DNA of 64,000 nucleotides from contig NW_005434664.1 of NCBI RefSeq assembly GCF_000315625.1, positions 464,167-528,166 of the forward strand. Reading direction: 5' to 3'. Position 1 is the first letter of the stretch, and each line of letters opens with the position of its first letter. The DNA comes from Guillardia theta CCMP2712. Lineage: Eukaryota; Protista; Cryptophyta. Shown here in pieces: positions 53,228 to 64,000 of the stretch. The position numbers and the translations under genes were made by a program. A model generated the notes under the pieces. The model was not told the DNA's origin. It did not search any database and saw only the letters and a list, made by a program, of their open reading frames with translations.

Positions 53228-54029
53228 GGCTAATGCGAATTCTTTTTGCCTTTGCTGATAAAAAAACAGCCAAGGCTTCATTTTTCACGTCTCCTTGTCC
53301 CTGTGCTCTGCCGGTTTATCCTGTCTGATCTACTCTTCCACACATGTCGTCGTACCTGGTCACTTCCTCCTTCACCCTCCCTCCTCGCCCTCTTCCCTTT
53401 CCTCTCCCCCTGCATTCGTCCTCATCGATGACGCAATGCACTGCCACTACCCTACCCCTGTATTTCCCCAACAGAGCAATGAAGAAGACAGAGGTGGGGT
53501 CTTTTTCTATTCTGATCACCCCCAATTCCCTTGCCCTACCCCCTCACTTCCAGTAAACCACCCCTACCCTCAGATCCACGCTCATCTCCCTCATTCCCCA
53601 GCCATGCATCATCGCCCTCATAACCATATCTCTTTTTCCTTCGGCTGTCAGGGCCGTTTGAAGTTCACAAGCGAAAGCGAAGGAGGCGAGGAGGAAGGTA
53701 GCAGAGAGGAGGCGAGGAGGAGGAGGGCCAGGAGACGAGCAGAGGAGCACTGTAAGGAGTGCATGAGAGAAGAAGGAAACTGGTAGTCAAGGAGTTGGTG
53801 GAGGTGGAGGAGGGCAGGGACGATGTGTCGGACGAGTGTTTCAGGTTGGTAGAGCACGCAAGGGCAAAGAATAGGAACACGGTTTGGTGCAGAACAGGAG
53901 CAGGAGCAATACATGGCAGTTGAGGTCAAGGAGAGACATGGAAACTCGCGTGAACTATCATCCTTCAGCCTGAAACAAGAGGGATGGCCGACAGTCCGGT
54001 GATTTGAAGATCTCGCTCCAGCCAGGACT

Positions 54030-57000
54030 ATGGGGCTGCTAAAGAAGTCATCCAAGAAAGCTTCCTCGGACGAGCCCAAGAACAAGATCGACAAGCATGA
54101 CGAAGCGAATGATCCGCTTGGTCTCGGAAGGAACGACTCTCCTGCCTCGGGATCAAGTCGCGGCAAGGAGAAGACAAACGCCAGGGAGGGGATGGAAAAC
54201 CAGGAGAACAATCGGATCGAGCGCAAGACTGAAAAACATGCCAAGAAGATCAAGGCAGAGGCAGAGACCATCATAGCCGCCATCGTCTCCCTCGCTCAGG
54301 TAGCAGGCAACGTCCGCGGAATCTTCGAGGAAGTGAGGCCTGTGGAACAAGCCGCGGAGGTGCTGAAGCACTTTGAAAGTGACGGCCATGCTCCCGGCAT
54401 GCCGCCACAAGACCCTCACGCGATCGCCTCGCTCATCGTCTACTTCCTGCGCGACAAGGAGGAAGCCGTGTGCACCTCCATGCTGAGGGACGAGATCATG
54501 GATGCTTGCTCCCTGTCCGACGACAAGGAGAGACACGAGCGCCTGCGCAGCATCACGCACGCATTGCCCGCGGAAAACCTCTCCTTCCTCCGATCCCTGC
54601 GCGAGCTCGTGCTTGCTGTCTCTGTGGAGCATGAGGCCTTCTATCAAGACGGGCTTGAGACCAGGATCGACGCTCTTGCCCAGCTGTTCGGCCCGCTGCT
54701 GATCCGACCAGCAGCGTCAGAGATGAAGAGGAAAGCACATCTCACCTCGCTATTCGCCCGCCACCTCTTCGCCAAGACTTCCATTCTCGTACCCTCACCC
54801 GTCGCTCCTCCTCCAGCCGCTGCCGAGGACAAGGAGGAGGCTCAAGATGCCCAGCAGGGAAGCGGCAGGAAGCCGGCGATCCCGAAAATCTCCATCCCCT
54901 CCGCCATGACTGCCCGCGCGCTCACGTTCCGAAATGTGCTAGAGAAGGCCGGAGGCATGCAGACGGCGAGAGAAGGGCTGGCCAAGAAGGAGGGGGAGGA
55001 GGGGGATGGTAAAGGATCCTCTAAGTTGAAAGGCGGGGCCTCGAAGAATGATGCTGAACCAGACCGGAGGAAGAACGCCACGATCAGATTCGCAGAGGAG
55101 GACGAGGACAGTGACGAGACCAACTACAACCAAGCCTCCACCCCCCTCGACTCGACGTGGAAGCGACACGTGCAGAGCCTTACAGACGAGGAGAGGAGAG
55201 AGTGCATGGCCGGCGCCATGCAAGGAGGGCCCCTCCTCAAGTACAGCTCCCGCGGTCGCCCGGTCCAGCTGATGTTCTTCAAGATGTCTTCGAGCGCAGA
55301 CTCGCTCTCCTGGGGCCCCGTCGCCTCCCCGGACGACCGCAAGTACTTTCTCTCTCTCCTCAACGTCCAGCTCGTCCTGCCCGGCGACCTTGCCGTCGGT
55401 GAGTTCGCGCATGCCGGGGAAGAGTCGCAGCGGCACCTGCGGCTGGCTCTCGAGCTGAAGGGGAAGCAGAGGCTCGAGCTGGAGGCTCTCAATGCTCCTG
55501 CTCTTCGCATGTGGGGCGTCGCCATCCAGCACGCGATCTTGACCAGGACCTTCTTTTCCGAGGAGACTCCCGGCGAGTCCGCCGCCCTCCCCTTCACCGC
55601 TCGCGACTGGCAGAGGCCCGAGACCGGCGACAGCGAGCAAGGAAGGAGCACGAACCTCTCGCTGCCCCTCCGACCAGCCGCGAGCCATGGCCTCGCCACT
55701 GCTCGCCTGCTCGAAGGGGTCGGAGATGAGCAGGAAGCGGCCGGAAGGTCAGGAGCGACAACATCCCGACCGGTCAGGAGCACGAGCTTCGCTCCTGTGC
55801 CTGCTGGCCCTGCCACAGCCCGCGGACCAGGAGGACGCGATGCGCCGGATCTCTCGATGCTCAACGTGCATGTGCTGCTGAGCAAGGCGAGGCACAACAG
55901 GAGGGAGGATGTGGTGGCGCTGCTGGACAAGGGGGTGCCGGTGGACGCGGAGGACGAGGAAGGGAACACAGTGCTGATCGTGGCTTGCCAGAACAACCAC
56001 AAGAGGATCGTGAAGGAGGCGCTGAGGAGGAGGTGCGACGTGAACCATCAGAACAGGAGGGGCGACACCTGCCTGCATTTCTGCTTCGCCCTCAAGTACT
56101 TCTCTCTCGGCCACTACCTCCTCTCCAAGGGCGCTGACCCTTCGATCCGCAACAAGCTCCAGCAGACCTGCTTCGACCGCTGCGCTCCTGAGTCCTTCGA
56201 CCTCCCCCCGCCCGACGCCCCCGATGCTGGGGAGGACGAAGGAAAGCGGGCATCCGGCAGAGCGAGGAAAAGGCGAGAAGAGGAGCCGAAGCTGTCGAGC
56301 TTCGAGCAGGAGATGAGGGAGCTGAAGGCGAGAATGGAGGCCCTCGAGAAGGAGAACTCCCTCCTCCGCAGCCGTACTGACCAGGAGACGAAGTCATCCG
56401 TTCCCTCCAGCTCCGTCGGAGGAGAGGAAGAGAAGAAGAGGAGGGAAGAGGAGCTCTCTTCGTTGGCTGAGGTGCTCTACTCCTCCTCTTGCTGCTCTGA
56501 CATGTCAGCAGCTCGTCACCCCTGAGTCTCGGGGGAAGTATCAATCGCCGAGCCTCTCCGAACCAGCTTCCACTGTGCAGGTGAGAAGGAGGGGGAGGGG
56601 GAGGGGAGGAGGAGGAGGAAGGGCACAGAGGAGGAGGAGGAGGGGACAGAGGATGGGAGAGGAGGGGAAGGGGAAGGGGAGGAGAGGAAATGATCGAGGT
56701 GAAGGTTGGAGGCAAGTACGAGAGAAGCATTGCGTCATCCTACGACCCGAGCAGAGCTCAGCAGGTGGCTGAGCATGCGACGGGCCTGGGGGAGATGGAA
56801 AGCAACCTGAACGAGGTGAAGAGAGAGGAAGAAGAAGACAACAAGAGGAGGAGGAGGAGGTGGTGGAGGAGGAGATTGCTGAGTGTCGGAAGCAGGTCCA
56901 TGCTGCCATTCACGATGTGGAAGAAGTGTTGTCCAAGGTCACGAGCCCGTTTGCTGTGAGGGAGAGGGAGAGGTACGCGAGGAGGAGACAAGTGTGGAGA

Positions 57001-58075
57001 GAGGAGGGAGCTGATGGAGCATCTCGTGTGTGTGTGTTTGGAGCAGCAAGAAGAGCTCGCGAGCAACGTGGAGGTCGAGAGATCTCACGTCGTTGCCGCG
57101 AACTCTGATGTTTGAGGACGAGCAGCGCGACAAGAGCGTAGAGACGAAGACGAGCAGAGGAGAGGAGAAGGGAGGAGAGGAGAAGATAGGGGGGATGGTG
57201 AAGCGGGATGGTGAAGAGGAGAAGAGCTGGCAGAAGAGAATTCAAGACGCCCGGGAGCTTGCGAAAAAGCTCTCGGGCATCGCAAAACTTCCTCGTCCTA
57301 AGGCTGCGGGCAGACTGGAGGGGCTGGAGGCAAAATACATGCAGCAGCAGCAGCAGCAGCTTGAGGAGGAGGAGGAGGAGGAGGAGGAGGAGAAGGAGAA
57401 TACTCAGAGGTGTCTGGATGCAAGAGCTTTCACCCGCTGATCTAGCATGGCAGAGTCAAGGAGGAAGTTCCGAGCACGCAGTACACGCGGCGAGGAGGAG
57501 GCGGGAAGGAGGACAACGAGTTCCACAACCTCATGGACGTGAAAGAGCAGAGCACTGCCCAGCGATCGCTCAGTGTTAGTGAGGACGCGACGTCAAGCGA
57601 CGAGGATGAACTGGTCGTGCTGGACGTGGCCTGTGATCAGCCTGCTGCTCGTGCTGAAGTGAACCCTCCCCTCCCTCCCCTCCCCTCCCCTCCCCTCCCC
57701 TCCCTCTCCTTCCCTCCCCTCCCTCTCCTCCCTCTCCTTCCCTCCCCTCCCTCCGCTCCTTCCCTCCTCTCCTCTACCTGACCCATCACTGATACATGCC
57801 AACAGCTGGAGGCCCCGCGTGAGCTGGAGGAGGCGAAGTCAGGCACGGCAGGGCTGGAGGAAGCAGCAGAGAAACCAGTAATGATGGACCTGCTCTTGCC
57901 CCCTCCTCTCCCTCCTCTCCCCTCCACCAGCTTCTCTCCTCTGCTGTCTCACTGACTCGGCACAGACTCCGGCGAGGAGGTTGAAGACAAGTATGCGAGT
58001 CAAGGCTGGCACAGGAGCAGCGAGCAGGAAGACACCAACACTGAAATATCCAACGAGAGAGACGAGGAGGTGAAA
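54030..58075 (+). CDS. RhoGAP-like + PH + ankyrin + coiled-coil protein
   Basis: DPHAIASLIVYFLRD..LPAEN..LAQLFGPLLIR (GAP fold), GGPLLKYSSRGRP..LSW..LRMW (PH), EGNTVLIVACQN and RGDTCLHFC (ankyrin). The 3' exons are approximate. Confidence 0.82.
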
Positions 58076-58223
58076 TAAACAAGTCTATTCAATACCATAC
58101 ATCTCATCAGAGTCTTCCTCTCCTCTCTCATCCCCTCCCTCCCCTCCTTCTTCTCTCCTCCTCCCTCCCCTCCCAACTAAAGTTTGGTCCTCTTGCTCTG
58201 CCCTGACTCCCTCGGGATCACAT

Positions 58224-61200
58224 TTACTTCTTCATGAGCTCTGCTCGAAGAGCCTCGACCTCCTCCTCCAGCATCACATTCTTAGTCCTCAGATCCGCCA
58301 CCTGCTGCCCGTCAATACACCCAAGCTCCAGTCCTCTTCGCTTCCTCCGCTCCTCTCCAACTCCTCCCTCTCCATCTCCTCTCCTCTCCTTCTCTTCTCT
58401 CCTTCTCTCCTCTCCTTCTCTTCTCCGCCTTGTCTGTTTCCTTTCTCTTCACTCTTTCATCTCTCCCGCCTTTTCTCACCTCCGCCTCCAGGTCAGCCTG
58501 CGTGCCGCTCGCAAAGTCGCTGATCTGCGAGTCGAAGAGGTCAGACTGGAGAAAGCCAGGGAGCAAATGCACAAGCAGATGAATACAGGAGGAGGAGGAG
58601 GAGGAGGAGGGGGGAGGAGGAGGAAGTAACTTGAATCCAAATAATTATTATACCCAATGTTAAAATCTGTCCAACTACGCTGTCTTCTCAAGCATTGACG
58701 CGAGAGTCTCAGAATGAAGTATTCCTGGATGTTCTGGAAGAGGCTTCTGATGCCGGAAATTCGATTCACAGCAGAAATTAAAGCTTCACGCCGAAATGGT
58801 CAACAGTCCCCGTTTANNNNNNNNNNNNNNNNNNNNNNNNNNNNNNNNNNNNNNNNNNNNNNNNNNNNNNNNNNNNNNNNNNNNNNNNNNNNNNNNNNNN
58901 NNNNNNNNNNNNNNNNGAGGAGGAGGCGAGGATTCACCATAGCGCGGAGGTCATCCTTAGAAAGCTCATCTTGCAGTCTCTTGACCTCCGCCTGTCATGG
59001 TTTTCAGCTTATCTCAACCTTGCCCTCCGTCTCCTTCACCTGCAGCTTCGCGATCTCCGCGTCCTTTGCAGGGTCTCCTCCTCCTCCTCCTCCTCCTCCT
59101 CCTCCTCCCTTCGCCACCTGCGCCTTGAGCTCCTCCACTTGTCCCTGGCATCGCTTGAGCTCAGCCTGCAGTCGCTGGATCTCCGAGTCCTTCCTGCCGC
59201 AGCTCTCGCAGGGCTCGGGGTTAGCGGCAGCCGGCATTGAGCGACTCTCCTTCCTCAGCTTCTCCACGTCGCTTCTCAGCCTCTCGTTCTCGCTCGAGCT
59301 CCGGTCCAGCTGTCGTTGGAGATCCGCCACCATCGCGTCAGAGTTGGAGGAAGCGGCGCGAGGGGCCGCAAGTCCTCTAGTCTTGAGCTCCTGCAGCTCC
59401 TGCAGCAGCCTCTCCTCCACTCGCTGCACCTCCCCGCGACGCTCTCGCGCCTCCTCTTCCGCCATCGCCAGCTTCGCCTTGAGGTCTGCGATCTCCCGGT
59501 TCTGCTGGCTCAGCTTCGCCTGCACTTGCGCGGCTTGTGCGGTGTATCGCTCGGCCTCCTGCAGCGCCTTTTCTGACTTAGCCACGCTCTGAGCCTCCGC
59601 CTCCGACAGCTTGTCCCGCAGCTCCTCGATCAGCTGCTGCTGCTGCTTCTCCACCTCGCTCCCCTCCCCGTCCACCAGCAGCGCCGCGTCGTCCAGGAGG
59701 TCCGGCCGAACTCCCTTGGGCGCAAGGTCCTCGAGCTGGTAGCGCAGGGAGCGGTAGGCCTGGTACAACTTCCTGCTCCTCCTCGCGTACGACATGCCCT
59801 GCTCCCGAGACTTCCGCAGCTCCTCCTGCAAGTGATCTTCGCGGGCTCCGTAAGTCTGCACGAGCTCCTGGAACATGGCGTCCACAGAGGCTCGGAGCTC
59901 AGCCGTGATGATGCTGGTCTCCTGCTCGAGGGTGCCGCTGCTAAGGCCCTTGTTGACCTCGGAGGAGAGGTGAGAAACGTCGCTGATGTACTTGTGCAGC
60001 TTCTCACGGTAGCTCTCCGACAGCTGCGTCATCCTCTGCCTCAGTTCTTGAGTCTCAGACTGTAGCTGCGCCTCTACCATCGCCTTCTCGTTCAGCTCGT
60101 TCTCCATCTCTGCTGCTCGACGAGACGCTTGCTTGAACTGCGCCTGTACTGTCGCCATCTCCTCCTCCAGCTTCTTCATCACTCGCTTGTGCTCTTCTCC
60201 CCGGTCCACCAGCTCCTGCTTCAGGCTCAAGAGTTCTTCTCCCTTGTTCTGTTCGTAGGTGGCGTACGTCCTGTCGGCCACCAGCTTCTGCTCTTGGAAC
60301 TGAACCCTCATCGCTTCGAACTCCAGCCTCGCCCGCTCCTTCTCAGTCTTGAGATCCTCCACCTCACGCTGCAGCTGTCGGATCAGTTCCGCGTTCTCCT
60401 TCAACTCCGTCTGACTCTCTGCCATCCTTCCCTCTAGCTCTGAGTTCATCTTCAGAATGTTCTCCCGCTGCGCCTGCAGCTGCTCGCGCTCTCTCATCAG
60501 CGCGTTCTTGGTGTTGACGAGGTTCAGCAGCTCCAGGCTCAGCTCCTCCGACCTCGCCTTCTCCGCGTCCAGGTCGTTGAGCACTGAGCTGTAGTTGGAT
60601 CGCACTGCTGCGATCTCATCCTGGCAATCTTTCACCAGCATTGTGTCGTCGCGGTGCTGGGACTGTAGCCGTTCGATCTCCTTCTGCTTCGTCTGCCCCT
60701 TCATCTCCAGTTCCACGATGTTGTTCTCAAGCTGCAAGATGCGGTTCTGCAGCTGGAACTCGGTGTCCACCGCCTGCTCCATTAAGTTTGTGTTTTCGAT
60801 CTGCAGGTCCACCAGAACTTTCGAGACCTTGAGTTTCTCCTCTTCGCTCTGGATGCGCTCCTGCTGTAGCTGGCTCTTCTCGGACAGCAGCTGGTTCACC
60901 CTCGCGTTGACTTGCGCCAATTTCTCTCGCAGCTGCTCGCGCTCCTCGATCAACGCGAGTCTCGCCTTCTCATCTTCGATGATCTTCTTCTCCAGCTTGT
61001 GGATCTCCAGCAGATGATTCGTCAGTCGATCGTCAACGTCGAGCCCTCCAAAGCCGGCGGCAGCAAGCTGCTGGCGGAGAAGATGCATCTGATTGTTGTA
61101 CTTCCGTAGCAGCGCAATCTGTTTGCCGTCATTGACAACAGGGAAGTTGCGAATTTTGCCGAAGAGCTGCGAAAACTGGAGAACAAACGAGTTTGCACGA

Positions 61201-62252
61201 TAATCAGCTGGGGGGATGGTAGTGAAGATGAGGGTGCGACTGCTTCCTCCAAGTACGTCGGGGAGGAGGGCAGTCAGTTTTGATTGCCCAAAGTCGATGA
61301 ACTCCATATCCTGCACGTCATGCGCCTGAGCCAGCGCCTTCACAACTTGACCAAAGGATGTGATACTCTGATTGAGTGTAGGGCCCTCGCGAATGCGGAG
61401 GGTCGTCGCGTCTTCAGCGAGTTTCTCAGCTCCAGGCAGGTCGATGACGAGGAAGCGGGAGAAGAGGTGCTCCTCCACCGGCTTCAGCAGCCCGATGGCC
61501 GAGTGAGTCACCACCTGGTGGAGCTCCAGGCTGAAGATGCTGGAGGATCGCTCGCTCAGGTTTCCAAACTCATTCCTCAGGGTTGTGCGGGACGACTGAC
61601 CAACGCGAAAGTGATGGTAGAGCTCATCTTCCGAGTCCACCCACTTCCGCGTCAAGTTCCTGATCCCCAGGCCGTCGTTGATCCCAAACTCGTTGATCTC
61701 CAGCTCCATCTTCTGAGGGTTCAGCAGGTCGTTGATCTTCTCATCCACGATTTCTATGTACTGCACGCTCAGCTTGAACCGCCACTTCTGCGACTTCTTG
61801 CGGAGAGTTTGCTTCCCTGCTCCGAACTCCTCTGCCTTGCTCCTGATCCCCTCGAACACTCCGTTGATCAGGCACGGGATAACGCCATCCCTCGAAGCTG
61901 GTCCAGACCCTTCGATGGTGTAAGACTTCCCGCTCATGGAGTTGCCGAAGGCAACGATCGAGCAGTTCACTCCTTCGAGGAAGCCTGGAGTTCCCTGCTC
62001 GTCTCTCGTGATCATGGGAGACATTGATCTCTCATACGCTTGTTCAAACCCGCTGTCGATATAAGTGAAATCATTCGGATACTCGTCAGCAGTGGTCCCT
62101 TGCACCTTTCCGACATCAAGAAGTACGATTTTCTTCTGGTTGTCAATAACCCTCAGATCTCCAGCCCTTCCTTCATCAGGAAGCAGAGGTCGGATTCGAA
62201 CTACGTTCAACACCGGAACCCCCAGGCCTGACAAGTTGGTGCCTGCCTCCAT
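58224..62252 (-). CDS. Divergent kinesin motor fused to a CCDC78-like (DUF4472-like) coiled coil
   Basis: VVRIRP, FGNSMSGKSYT, YIEIVDEKINDLL, IDLPGAE, LNQSI, SKLTALL..LGGSSRT. The coil carries EEEKLKVSKVLVDLQIEN, TYGARED..YQAYR and ISDFASGTQADLE. Confidence 0.88.
58817..58916. other. Assembly gap (100 N)
   Basis: N run inside a kinesin intron. Confidence 1.
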
Positions 62253-62631
62253 CTTCTACAAGGTGACTATCTGTTCCACTGCTCTGTTCTTTCTCAGTCT
62301 CTTCGCCTCCTGGGCTCTCACTTCCTCGGGTTTGCTCTCTCTGCTTCTCCTCTTCTTCTCCGCCTTCTCTCGCTTCCCTCCCTCCCCTCCACCATTGTTC
62401 CTTTCCCTGCCGTTGGCCGTTACGAAGAGCGGTTATCATTGTCGGATTGATGTAACACGGATGATGGGTGACCTTTTACATTTGACTAAATTATTTGTAC
62501 CAGACATCATAGCTCAATAAAGTTGAGTAAATAAATAAAGAGTTGAAGTTGGTAGGAAGCAACGGTTGGGCATGGTGCGGGTAGGATGGGCAACGGGATG
62601 CGCCCGGCCGGCGGTAGGGATGAAGGTGAAG

Positions 62632-64000
62632 ATGGCAGGAGCTCTGGCGAGTCGAGGAACAGGAACCATCGTTAAGGTTTGGAGCTCAGGCTTAGCTCAG
62701 CCAGCATGCAGGTTTAGCGTCTGCCCTCTTGCGTGACCAGAGTGACGGAAGAGCAGAGTGAAGTGGGAGGATGGAAAAAGCGTTGACTACGTCTCCGGAC
62801 TGGCGATCTCCCAGTACGGATAGCATGTTTCATATAGATCATGCTCGCGTGCGCCTGACGAAGAGAGCTGACACTTGCCTGATCGCAGAGGGGCTTCGCT
62901 CCGAGGTCAACACCCTGATTTGGATGATAGCTTGATACGACGATGGGCAGCTCGAAATGAAGTCGATGAAAGAGTCCTGGAGACGCTCTCACTCCATCAG
63001 ATTCAGAATCTATCGCCGAGCAGGATCTCAGAATTGATAGGAAAAGACCTGGACAAAGACGAGATCGAAGAGCTGAAGCGGCTGGCGAGCCAAGTCTACG
63101 AGGTGAGCAAGAAGTCGCCGGTGTGGGTGACATGACCTTCTCATGCGAGGCAGACTCTCAGGCACAAACGTCCTCGATTCCTCAGAGTCAACTCTGACGG
63201 GCCGGGACATGATTGGGTCTGGCCAGGGGGAAGTGGGTCGATACTCCCGCTAGTCCAGCTAGACATGAATATCCCTGCATACACCTTGACAGGCATCTTT
63301 GCTGTGATAGACTCTTGTGTGTCTGACATTCCCTTCATAGATTCAAAGAAACAGTTTTTCGGCAAATCAAAATATTTGCAATTACACGTCAACATCGAGT
63401 CGAAAGGTGAGTCGTGGGTGCTATAGTTGGTAGAGTGACGGAAACTTCAAGGACCGATGTCGCTTTCACGAAAATGTCCCAACACCTTGTTTCTGCTCAG
63501 CAGCAAGCGCCGATGACGTCTTGGTGTATCAGACAGCAGAACCGACAATAACTCACGTCTCAGTACATCGTCTCAGTACAATGGAGGCGTCAGCAGATTA
63601 CAGACAAGACCAACAATCATTCCGATCCCCGTCCCAATAATCTGCATAGTTTGTTAGGCTTCTTCGTGTGGCAGGTCGGCACATTGGCTGACATATCCGA
63701 TCGTGCCAGTCAAGACAGCTGATGAAATCTTCTCGGTCCAGCCCATCACCCCGGCCATGGCGGCAGCTGTCGCAGGACCTGACCACATGTTCAACTAAGG
63801 TAAGGCAGCAAGAAAGGAGACCTCCTATCGCAGCGTTTGACGCCAGGAGGAGGTCTCGCACGTCAATTTTCAATAATCTGTGGCAAGTCAGTTGTGTTGG
63901 CACAAGTTCAAGGCCATGCTTCGTACCGCCGCCCAAGTAGCGCCATCGTTGCTCCGTGTACAGCTAGAATTACAGCTACGAATAGCAGCAGAGGAGCGAT
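62632..64000 (+). CDS. Hypothetical multi-exon protein, probably incomplete
   Basis: Coding-like exons (GTGTIVK..VKWEDGKSVDY; DLDDSLIRRWAARNEVDERVLETL..). The gene structure is unresolved. Confidence 0.35.

Noticed and set aside
58490-58629. Apparent plus-strand terminal exon (VSLRAARKVADL...) suggesting overlapping genes
   Set aside because: The minus strand gives a clean AG/GT-bounded exon, ISDFASGTQADLEAE, matching the CCDC78-like tail, so the plus frame is a shadow.

Overview
Gene-dense eukaryotic nuclear DNA, not prokaryotic. Most GT-AG introns are about 45-60 nt, some longer introns are filled with microsatellites, and there are three 100-N scaffold gaps. Intron size, composition and gene content resemble a flagellated alga such as a cryptophyte (inference, not provable from sequence alone). 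About 24 protein-coding genes can be rebuilt by splicing across the ORF track. They include a DCN1-like protein, aminopeptidase N, a VARP-like VPS9 GEF, a compact lipin, MOK/LF4 kinase, an FTR1 iron permease, an SDR, a PAPS/APS reductase-thioredoxin fusion, a RING-H2 protein and a large HECT E3. Further along are a ProC-like reductase, a CDP-alcohol phosphatidyltransferase, ALG10, a TPR-RRM protein, a UVSSA-like protein, a RhoGAP-PH-ankyrin protein and a divergent kinesin fused to a CCDC78-like coiled coil. The most notable items are: (1) an FeS-less sulfonucleotide reductase with an N-terminal hydrophobic anchor and a fused WCPHC thioredoxin; (2) a switch-degenerate kinesin-CCDC78 fusion; (3) an orphan with an R-S-E ADP-ribosyltransferase-like motif pattern; (4) recurrent CpG-rich 'shuffled-word' islands, two of which bracket a decayed AT-richer ORF; (5) a RhoGAP lacking its arginine finger. 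Exon boundaries were inferred by eye, so gene ends are approximate where noted.
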